A DNA stretch of 64,000 bases from Perna viridis (lineage: Eukaryota): contig CM074519.1 of NCBI GenBank assembly GCA_037379345.1, positions 33,940,103 through 34,004,102 on the forward strand, in the 5' to 3' direction. Position numbers and translations under genes: made by a program. Below, piece after piece: positions 1 to 12,100 of this stretch. The first letter of the stretch is position 1, and every line of letters begins with the position of its first letter. The notes beneath the pieces were generated by a model. That model was not told the DNA's origin. It made no database searches and worked only from the letters and a program-made list of their open reading frames with translations.

Positions 1-137
1 GTCGTAACGTTTGGTCAAAGTATGATTAATTTTTCTTGTATATTGATGTAATTTAATTTCATATCATATCACCTATATCCCCATTACTATAGGTCATAAT
101 TGTTGAATGTAGTTTTTCTTGTATTTGTCTTTTGCAG

Positions 138-187
138 GCAGTTGTTAGAGGATTTCTAGACAGAAGGAGACTGAAAAGGAGCATTAG
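138..187 (+). CDS. UBE3B: UBE3B exon (IQ motif, [16 protein letters not shown])
   Basis: ttgcag acceptor, gtaaat donor; phase 0 to 2. Confidence 0.9.
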
Positions 188-3100
188 GTAAATATTTACA
201 ATACAGATATATGTACATGTATGGTAAGCTGTGAAACTTTACACCATCCACAATTTGCACTCTTAAAGTGGTAAGGCAGTCATTTTTTTATTATTTTGTT
301 AAGTTTGAAAAAAAAGACATATTTTCTTCCATATTAGTTTCAGGAATGCAATTTTATACACAAGTCTGTATAGCTCTGCTAATTAGTGCTAAATATTGAG
401 CTATCTATAATTATTTGAAGGAAAAGTTATTTATGGACCAAAGTAGCCAAATTCATTACATACTATAGAAGTACATGAACAATTAATAAGAATTAATAGG
501 AAATTTATACAATTTATTTCTCATCTGGTTATTAGAATGATAAGACAATTAAAGTTGACCATTTGAATTTGTTTGATTAGAACATGTAGAAGCACAAATA
601 CATTGTAATAACTTAAAATAACTGTTTTACATAGCATAAGATTTTTGCTAAAATGTGAAAAATACTCCAGAGTTAGAAGTCAATTAATATCCAAATTATC
701 AAATATCCTCAAAAAAGAAATTGATTCAATTAATTACTACCACTGAAACAATGTATACTCAGTGATTCATATACTATACTTCAGATTATCACTAATTTTT
801 TAGATATTATTTTTTCTATCAGAAAAAATTTTATTTCATAACAAATATCTCTTCTCATAACATTTGATTAATATTCTATTTACATGTATACTTCTACTAT
901 ATATGTTACACTTTTATATATCAATTAGATGGGCCTTTGCCAATCATTATAATTGTGTTTGTGCCATTAAAGAATATAAATATAAATAAATAAATATATA
1001 AATAAATTTATAACGGTGATCCACATTAATTTTGTGATTCACAGTATGATTATTGCAATGATTAATAAGCAATGATTAGAACCCTGTAGTATTTGTTTAC
1101 ATTGATAAATACAAAATATCAATTTGATAATTTTCAGGAAGGATATAATTGTTCTTCTTCAAATTCCATCTGAAAATGATGTCGATTATAAACCAGTTTT
1201 AAAACCAGGTAACTAATAGCGTGCATGTACACATATCTACGTGTGTAAGTAGAGTTTGCCCTCTTTTACATCTGGGGGTCCCTACTTAGGATGATTCACA
1301 GCTTATGGTAGCTAAATAACTTATTTGTATAGTCCATTGCAGCTAGCATGCATGTACACTTATCTACGTGTGTAAGTAGAGTCTTGCTCTCTTTTACATC
1401 TTGGGGTCTCTACTTAAGATGATTCACAGCTTATGGTAGCTAAATAACTTATTTGTATAGTCCATTGCAGCTACAATATGCTATATTTTCAAAAAGAGGA
1501 ATATTAGATTTTTAAAGTGAATCAAAGGTAAAGGGCTTAAAACATGTTAAAAATCAAATCAGAGGAAGGAAGGGAATTGTCTATGCCATTGTGGTCTGTC
1601 TACTACATGTTCCTTTTCAAAATTAAAAATTAATTACATCCTGCAGTGAATTAACCACATTTTTATTTTAAACTGCAGTACATGTATATGTATTTATATA
1701 TTTGTTTTAATATCTTCCAAAGACATAAAGTTATTTACATTTTCTTAAGTATTTTTTAGGTATTATGTATTTATTTACAGCTACTGAAGTTTACAAGATC
1801 ATTAAAAGATTTCTCTTTAAGTTCAGGGAAAATGAAGAAAAAGAGGTACCTAACTTCAAAGAGTGGGTTGCTACTTGAGAAACATGATAAAGTATCTTAA
1901 TTTACATGTAGATTGTAATTAAGTAACATGAATCTTGGTTCAGTTTGTTGGAAAAGATTGAGAGTTTTCTTATATGATAGTTGAGTTGATCTATAATTTC
2001 AGTTGTGAAATAAATCAAGGATCTTCAATTTAGACATTTACAAAAGCCTGTTTTGATTGTCTTCCCGTCAGGAATATTTCTTTCAAATTGAAGTATGATA
2101 TTAATATTGCCTTTGTGTTTTGTAGACATTTTTGTACCTTTGTCGATACTTGCTTTGTTCCATGGAATCAGAGGATATTAAGGTAATTTTATGAATGCTG
2201 CATTAAACCTTTTTGCAACAATTTTTTTTTTTTACAAAAAAAGGTTTCTGTTCAAAATTCATCAGGAATAAAGTAGACAATTGAAATAGCACCAACTTGA
2301 GGAACAAATATAAGACAATTTCTTACTCCCATTTAAATTATCTAGTACATGTATTTGTTTTTGGCTTGTATGTTTGAAATTGTTCATATTAGGGAAAGAG
2401 TTGATATAGGGTAAATTGCTAATATACATTAATAATCTATAAATTAGCTCTTTTCAATGGACTTCCATAGCAATAATTAAATTTTAACATGTTTAAGCCA
2501 ATAGTTTTCCAGTTAGTTCAGGATAACAAATTTTAGTCTATATATATATATGTATTTAAAACTAGGTATGTTACATTGCTGTGGCCCTGAAAAAAGAGTT
2601 TGTGTTGTCATGGATACAGCAGGTCAAGGACATCAACTGGAAATGCTGTTCTTATATAAAGGAGGTCAAGGTAAGGAATTTTTTATTACCTATTTGCTGT
2701 AACCCAGCTTATTTTCGTGTTTCAGGATATCAATTTTAATTTTCCAACTTACTCTCTTAGTAACATCTATTTCATAAGAAAGGAATTTACTCTCAGTGAT
2801 TTATTTTCAGGATAGTTGTTTTAATAAAAAAATTAGCAATTTCAAATTATTCCCTAAAATAAGTTTGGTATTAGTGTTACATGTACATGTATTTTGATCT
2901 ACTGATTGCTGGACTCAAAACCTTCATCAGCAGAACTACAACTTAGTCTTATATCTCTCTTATATCCTAGAACATCTTCAGGGTATTTAGTCAGCAATGA
3001 TAGGCCACATCACTGTCTGCTTATAGAGATAGCCTCTTGTTTGATAATAATCTTCTCCATAGAAAAATGACTGGTTAGACGATTGTAGTCACTGTAACTC

Positions 3101-6100
3101 AAAAACTAAATAGTTATTAATATGTATCATCATTGTTATATTCAGAAATGTTATCTTTTAATTTAAAAAATATCAATCTTGAATAAATGTTGCTCATTTC
3201 AGTATGTTGTACACATGTTTCTAGGAGTAACAGCAGCATTAGAATCTAATGCATATGATGTTGATATTATGAAATATTGTAATGATATATTTTTTTTGGT
3301 CGTCATCATGAACTTGTGGATCGTTATGGTGTATCCATCTACACCACGAGAACTGATTTGTTCAACGTGTCATAGTTTTCCTCTTTCGTCTACCCTGGAC
3401 TTTACTTTTTATGAGCAACTCCGCAGATGTTTCTAGAATAGTAGAAGATGCTTACCTTACCAGTGCACCTGGTCCATTCTCCCAGTTTATAGTGGAGTCC
3501 AAGTTGCTCATTTACTTTTGTTACTTTGAATGGATTATTTTGGTTATTTTATGTTCATTGTTGTGTGTGTCTTTTTTTCATGCCTGGTCTTTGTCCCTGG
3601 ATTACATTTTTTTTATTTCCGCTAGAATCTTGGTTCCCTAGATTACTCTTTTCTCTTTTAATGTTGTAGCCAGAGAACCATTCAGATTTCAGTGTAATGA
3701 TGTTGCTACTCAGAGTTCTAATCACCTTTACCAGTACATCTACATGGAAGATTGTTAAAGCAACTCCTGGTTAGTGCACTGTAATTGTGCTTATACTGTT
3801 AGAAATTCTTTACAAGTACTATTTTAACAAAGGCAGAAATCACTTAAGATTTGAAGTGGCAATATTCTGGCTACTTCTTAACAATTTAAGGTTTGGGACA
3901 TGACAACAGAAAGTTATATTCAGTTAATGACCGTATATCACTTGTGAAAATTTGTTCAATGCATTACAACTACCTTAAGAGAATGGTTGCAGTATAAATG
4001 ATTGTAAACTACTGTTATTGTCATTAAATACCACATTATAAGTTATAAGCTCCCGGGTGACCGTCTGTCGTTATTTAGACACTCAGTAGATTCTGTTGGA
4101 GGGTGAGGCGTTAATGTCACGGCGTTACAGTTTAATAATAGAGGGTGAAGATATGATACATTACAATAAGATACACAACAGCATGTTCTTCAATTTGGAA
4201 TAAAAAATATTCATCCATTTTAAAAATGATGGATTTTGCTGAAGCCAAGTTTCATTCATTGTTTGAAAAAAAGTTGTATTTTGACCTGTATTGTGTTGAA
4301 ACATCATTAAAATGTATTGTATCGTATCCTGACCGATAATATCATGATACATTGATATTGCGATGAATTGTTTCATCCTGATCTTTTCCGCATACGGATA
4401 TTAGGAATATATTTTACTGAAATATGATTTAAAATTACACTTGTAAACAACTTGCACTGATACTAAAATGAAAGCAACTTATCTTCTACTTTCTTCTTCT
4501 ACCAGTTTCCCATGTGTTACACATAATGTCATTGTAATAAACATTTTATTTTATTGTTTCTGTTTTGCAGCTCTGGCTCCTGGATTGAACCAGTTGTGTA
4601 ACAATATCATGGGAGATCTCAATACCAGGGGTCTTTACCCTATTTTACAGGTACAGATAAATATATCATTTAAAAAATAGCTCGGACAACACATGTATGT
4701 GTATGTAATTTATACAAACGTTCAAAGCCATATTAACACAGGCACACCAACTCTTATTCACTTTGTTCAAGGAACTGAATTTTAAGAACTATTGGCTGAA
4801 CTCTGACATGCTGTGAAACAGTTGTTGTTATATAGTAGTCCTAAGTTCTTTTGCCCATCTGTTCTTGACATGTTTAGTTTTTGGATTATATAATTGATAT
4901 TTTAAGATCCTTATGACATAGACATATTTTTTTAAACTTAAACACAATATTTTTGACTGACATATACAGTACAAGTACCTTTGTTGTGAATTTATCAATA
5001 ACTTTGAAGGAGTTATGGGCCTTTTTATTTCAAGAAGATAAAAGTGTGTGAATATTTGATTACTTGATTAACGTCATTTACATAGTCTTTTTTTTGTGTA
5101 GAGTTTGCTGACCCATGGTCTGTCTAGAACAAAATGTTCCTTTAATCAAACATCTTTATCTGCTATAGTAACTATTGCTTTGAGGTAAGTACCTCAATAT
5201 TGTTGAAAGAGATATCTTCTTTAAAAAATTATTAGAGGTTATATCTCTTTGTTTCAAATTTTATAGACATTTCCATTTTTAGAACTATACCACACCTCTT
5301 TATGTAAATTAGTACTGTACCTAGTAAATGATAAGCTGATTTTTTATGAGAACTTCTCATGCCTTATAAAAATATTCACATCTGGGATAGCAGAGTAAGT
5401 AAGTTAGTGGAATGATATATAATTAATCAGATACTAGCTATTTAGTTATTAGAGAACATGTGGAAGGTCTGTTGAATGCTAAAATAATTTTTCTAGTATC
5501 TGACATTTCTGTGACATGTTCATCTGTTGATTTACATGGAATTTACTTAATTAATTTCACATGTAATGTCTTTAAATAGGATTTGACAGTAAATTAATCG
5601 AGGAAAGGATATGCATCAAAACAATGATTTATTAACTGCATGCTTATACATGTTTTTTTTGCTAGACCACTATTGGCAGCCAATTTCTCAGACAATCTAA
5701 TGACTGTGTATGTGTTACATATAATGTCAGTACCGGCTGTGATTCAACATGTATCTACACTTTCACCAGAGGTACATTTATGATTTGACTGATAAAAGAG
5801 ATTGATTTGACACCAGAATATTGCCATAAAATAATACCAAATGTGTTAATTTTACAAATTATTTCATTTTCATTAATGTACAATTTCCTTAATGACATCA
5901 AACACAGCATGGTCAACTTTGAAATGTACATAGATGTATGTTGGTAGTCGATATGATTTTGTTTCTAACATTCCCAATTAATCATTTAGTTCTAGTAAAA
6001 TTATAATATACTTTTAAAAGCTATACACACATATCGAAAACTGACTAAATTGCTAATTCTGATATCAGTTTCTTATAGATACATATAAATGTATCAGTAT

Positions 6101-9100
6101 TTTTTGTTTCAGTGTCTAAATTTACTGGTAACTAACAGAATATTCAAAAGAGCTTTGGACTTGATGTCAAATGAACAGAGTACTAGAATTATTTTTAATA
6201 CATTAGAAGGGAACTATGCACTATGTTTGCTGGGTAAGACACTATTTATCATATTTTTATTCCCTGGTATATACAGTTTTAACTCTGTAGGTCATTCGGT
6301 CCGTAACTAGAACTTTCGTAACATTTTTCTCAGGAACTACTGATCATAGCCAATGGACATTTGGTATGCAGCCTCAGCTGGTGGTTCTAAACACTCATAT
6401 CAGTTTTGGTCATGTTGTACAACTATTTCCTGTTTACTGACTTAGTTTATTGTGGAACGTATTTGATAAAATATACAAATTTTTCGTAACATTTTCTCTG
6501 GAACTACTGATCACAGCCACTTTATACTTGATATACAACATATGATATGATTCGTTAAATAAATTTATAATTTTATCTGTTTCTTGCTTGGGCTATCTTT
6601 GTTTGCTTTCTAGCTATAATATTTAAATGTTTAATTTACAAGTGTTATCTGTGACCAATGTGGCTGTTTTCATTTTACAGCAAATATGGTACAGTTAGGC
6701 TTTATAGAGTTAGAGGTAAGTATGATTCACTCAGGCGAGGTAAGTTTGATTCACTCAAACAATTAGTGGTAAGTTTGATTCACTCAGGCAGAGGTAAGTT
6801 TCATTCACTCAGACAACTACAGGTAAGTTTCATTCACTCAGACAACTACAGGTAAGTTTGATTCACTCAGACAATTAGAGATAAATTTGATTCACCCAGA
6901 CACTTAGAGGTAAAATGATTCACTGAAACAGTAAAGAGTAAGTTTGATTCACTCAGACAACTAGAGGTAAATTTGATTCACTCAGACAATTAGAGGTAAG
7001 TTTGATTCACTCAGACAGTTAGAGGTAAGTTCAATTCACTTAGACAGTACCGGTATCCTATGATATTTTGACCCCTGCAAAATATTGATACACACTTCAC
7101 TGGTGTATCATCATTATCTATCAAAAACTTTAAGTAAAGTTCAGTTAAAATAAGTTTTATGTTTTGCTCTGAGTGAATCTGCATACATCCAGACACATGG
7201 AGGATGTATTTCTGGATATGACTTTTTCAATGAGATACCATTGTGTGCATTTCAATTTAGCCTTATTTCATTCAGCATTATTTGAACTTTAAGCAATTAT
7301 ATATGAATAGCTTTTGTGACTGTTACTGATGCTTTTTATTGTACTTTAATCTAAACCTGTTTCCTACATGTACAATGTACATTTTTTTTCTTTTTAGGGT
7401 CTTGTTGAAAACACATTAAAGTTTATGGTAAGTTTATATGTAGTCTAAACAGTCTTAGATACCCTAGTATCAGTTAAAGCTTGAAAGGTTGAATACTGAA
7501 AAGTTTTAGTAGGAGATGAACAAATACATATTTAGATTTTGTTTTGTAATGATATTTCTAGTCCTATATAATATTAGAAAGTTACGACCAAAAATGTCAG
7601 CTTGGTGTTTGGTTACTCTTGAACTGTGCCAAAATGTGTTCAGTTGTTCTATTTGTAGCATGTGATCAATGGGAATGTTTTTTATTTTCTATGGTTGGAC
7701 AAGGTACAGGCAGAGTTTTTTCTTTTGTATCAGGCAAACCAAATTTGACAGCTTTGTTGGAATATTATTCTGTGAATTATACTGTGAATGTATTGATTTA
7801 TGCAATTGCTAATTTCAGCAGATTCTCTCAAATGAACATATTTGTTTATCATGGAGTTTAAAATCAATTTCACTAACCGTTTTTCCTGATTACTGGGAAA
7901 ATAATGATAATTAGTACACCACAAAAATTCATACATTTACAGTACATTTTTTTAATCTTGTTTTGTACATGTTCGTTCTATTTGATAATGTTATGTTTAA
8001 GACTGTATAAAATTGGATTTCAATATTTATATTTTTAGAATGTTGTTATTCGGCTGCTGGACAGCTGTAAGAAATATGTACTGAACAAGAGATCAAATCT
8101 GACACACTGGCACCCTGTTCTGGGCTGGTTCTCCCAGAAAACAGATCAAAGGTCAGAGGTCACAGGTTACACAGTTTATAAGTTGATACAAAACTTGACC
8201 CAATTCAAACAGTTTATCATATCTTATCATGCATATCTTTTGATATCTTGGAACAAATAATTGGAGAGTTTTGTGGGATGCATTTTTTTTCACTGTTTCG
8301 ATAGAGAGAAAAAACATACAGAATAGTGCAAATTTTTTATAAGGCATACTTCATATTGGCAATAGGTTCCCTTGAGTCTCATGCACAAATTGTGAATGTT
8401 AACATTTGTCCAAGATACATGTACATGTACTGTGTCTACATGTGTTAATCTGTGAGATTGTGGACATGACAAAGGAGACCTAATTGGTAGTTTTTTTTAA
8501 ATATTGACTCAATGGAGGATTTAATCAAGCTGTTACACTTATTTGTGAATAGATATAGAAATCAAAATGGGAGCATTGATGTCCCTGAAATAATTTCCAT
8601 AACTATAACCTAACCTAAAATAATTTTTATTGAGTGATGTTTATATAATTTCAGCTTACATGCCTCTATGCCTTATGTAGTTAAGCAGTTACAATTACTA
8701 TGGAGTGAGAAGATGATACGTCTGATGTTTGCTGACATGTTACAGTATGTAGAAATAGATGCTGAGAAATCTAACAAAAGTCCTGCTCACTCTAAAAGTA
8801 AGGCCATGTGGAGTATACTACATGTGTGTAAAACGTTAAAATAACATACTGTGCTTTGATAATTGTTTAGATTGACTTGCAGTAAAGTACTATCCCAAAA
8901 CAATTAGAATTATGATTATTTCGATATTTGCAGATCATTTGCCATATCAGTTTGAAGATTGTTAATCATGGCAACCTTTGTTCAAAAATACAAAGTATTG
9001 GTTGAAAAAATAATTATTATTAAATAAATAAAAATCAGTGAATTTTTAAGCTTTTATTGAACTCTTGAACATACATGTAAACATGTAGCTTAAGTTCTTT

Positions 9101-12100
9101 TTCTGGTTGTAATTCATTATGGGTACTTTTGATGAATATAAAAAAAGATAAACCCAGTTTTATCCTAATGTTGAAAGTATCATTATATTATGATACATGT
9201 TTTTGCTTATTTTTCCACATTGTACAGATATTATAAAGAAAGCCATAGACAAGGCCTCGACTAAGTCATCTGGTACCAAGATCAAACTAGACAGTCCTGT
9301 AGCCATGGGAACATGTCTGCCATGTGTACTGTACCAGAGGACACTCAACACATTATCACAGCTAAGGCTTGATATTCTGGGAGGTAGGTATAGGAAAGGA
9401 AAGGAAAGAAGAGGGGCAATACACATTTTTTGTTTGTATTTGCTGTGACTGTTATGTGTAATTGTTTGTGTGGTGTCAAAACAACAATAACATTAATATT
9501 TTTATATGTAGTTAATGAATCAATGAATCTTTCATTTTTGAATTATTTTACTAAGAAATTTACTTCATATATAGCAGCTGCCTTGATGGTTAAGTGGAAG
9601 CGTGTTTGCCTGAATGTAAATGGATGTAGATTCAATCCCAAGCGGAGTTATAACAAAGTCTTTTTTCTTTGAGCTAGCACATTAAAAACCAAGCTCAGCA
9701 TGTCAGCCTAGAACAAAGCAGGAACTGTTTGATTCAAAGAATATGGCCCTGCAACACATGAAATATCAGCCATAGGATTTTTGAGCCACAATCAATCAAT
9801 CAATCGAATTCAGTAACAGAACAATCCTTGTAACATGAAAAGACAAACTACCGGTAAACATATTCAATATACTAGCAGTAATATTTTTATAAACTAATGT
9901 TCCATGATTATTTTTTTTTTCATTCTCAGGTCTTGGATATAATGATATACTATTGCCAATTTTATGGAAGTTTCTGGTTGATCTGGGACCAAACTGTGGC
10001 CTGAAGTTATTCCTTGAGATATTGAGTCAGGCACCAAACAGTACTATACACCCAGTGTTTAGTCTGCTAACTGTATTCTGTGATGCTGCTAGTCATTTTG
10101 TGATGTAAGTTGTTAGTTTAGTCATTTAGAGTGGCATATTTCATTTGTTTCAAGTAGCAATCTACTACAAGTCTATAATAATCTATCAAATTAGATTAAT
10201 TAGATAATCCATAAGTGACGATATGAGACTCTGTTTCTCTTATTTGCAAAGTGATGTAATATCTAACTTTATCCACAACATCAAAATAGTGTAGCTGACA
10301 TCATATCTCATGTATTCAAATACTTATAGTCCAAGTCACCTCAGATTGTTTGCGTTTTTTTGCGTTTATTTTTGTAATTACTCGACGGTTCCTTTCAAAA
10401 ACTTGCCATTTTATTCATTCATGAGATTGAAAAAATTCAAAATTTATTTTTCCTACGAGAATTTTGCATTGAATGTACTGTTTATCCGCCATCTTGTTTC
10501 TATGGATATTTTGAAATGTTCTCTATTATCTCACAATTGAAGAGCTGAAATACCATGATTTCCCGCCATATTTCTGCTCTTTACCTTTAGTAAAAGACAA
10601 AACCAGAAGTTCCGAATGAAAATGCTACAACTGGTACTTAATAAGAGTCTTACCATATAAAGTAATGAATTAGCAGGGAAACAGAAACCATAGAAACAAG
10701 ATGGCGGATAAACAGTACATTCAATGCAAAATTCTCGTAGGAAAAATAAATTTTGAATTTTTTCAATCTCGGAGGTAAGAATGAAAAATAATTGTAAGGG
10801 AATCGTAGTACAGAACGACATGAATAAAATGGCAAGTTTTTGAAAGGTACCGTCGAGTAATTACAAAAATAAACGCAAAAAAACGCAAACTATCTGAGGT
10901 GACTTGGAGTATAGTAGAACCAAATTTTGAAGTCAAGACAAAAGAGTGCCACATTGAGATCCATAGAGGGATATCATCAATGAAATATTCAAAACTTGTA
11001 TAATTTAAATTATAGAGAATGCAGCAGTTGATTTGATGTAAGCTTGTCATTTGAAATCACCTATTTTTCTTTTGTATCATGGCAGTAGCCCAAGTATATA
11101 ACATATTGGGGGTAAAAACAACAAAAAATGATATTTAAGTGGACAAAACAATGTAGTATGGAGCAGTGTAATTTTTTTATGTTTTTATTTTTTCATGATT
11201 ATTTGAACATATATTAACTGAAGTGCAGTTGAACATTGAAGGAAAACATTTTTTTTCCCTCAGAACTTTAGATGATATGGAGATGTATGAACAACAAAAA
11301 CTGTTTAAACTTCAAGACTTTGTAAAGATTGGTGAATTTCTGAATCTGTTTGTGTTTCGTGTAATATGGAATAATCTCATTGGTGAGTTTGTATCGATGT
11401 AAGGAAGAGAAACATAATTTAGAATAAAATAATATACATGTGATTTACTTGGAAAAACTTAACACATGTGTTAACTGACATAATTTGAAAAAAATTGCCT
11501 GGGACTTTTTTAAACTATGAAACAAAATTTTAGCTTTATGAAAAAGTTATTTTAATCAATGAATTGTCTAATAATTAAAAAGAACTAATTCAAGGCACAA
11601 GAAATCATTAACTGCTGAGTAGAATGCATCAGTATTTCAACACAACATTTGTTTTACATGTATCTAATTTAAATACCTGAAAAGTTGATTATGTTCCCCC
11701 CCTCACAAAGTGAAGTTGAAGGAGACGTATTGTTTTTGCCATATCTGTCTGTCTGTCACACTTCAGTAAACAGTAGGTAGTTAGGACATGGTATGTAGTC
11801 TTGCATATTACCAGGAATTTTTGATCCATTGAATTTGTGATAGTGATGCCACTTTGAAATTTAGAACAGGAGGGGCAGGAGACATATGTTTTTAATTTGA
11901 TGTGTAGTTAAAGCATGGATTATGATATGATAAACTATAAAATATTTTTTGAAAATAAAAAAGTTATATCTTGTATTTTTTTTATTATAACCAGATAGCA
12001 CAGCAGCTTTATCTTCTGATGCATTTGTATCAACAAGAGGCCTTCTTAATATCCTCTATGAGAGGGACTGCAGGAGGGTGTTTGCTCCAGAGAATCATTG

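Noticed and set aside
9577-9645. tRNA gene
   Set aside because: Only degenerate A and B boxes, no cloverleaf, and it continues into a SINE body with a (CAAT)n tail.
10310-11050. Mirror-image ORFs on both strands
   Set aside because: Artefact of the MITE inverted repeats.
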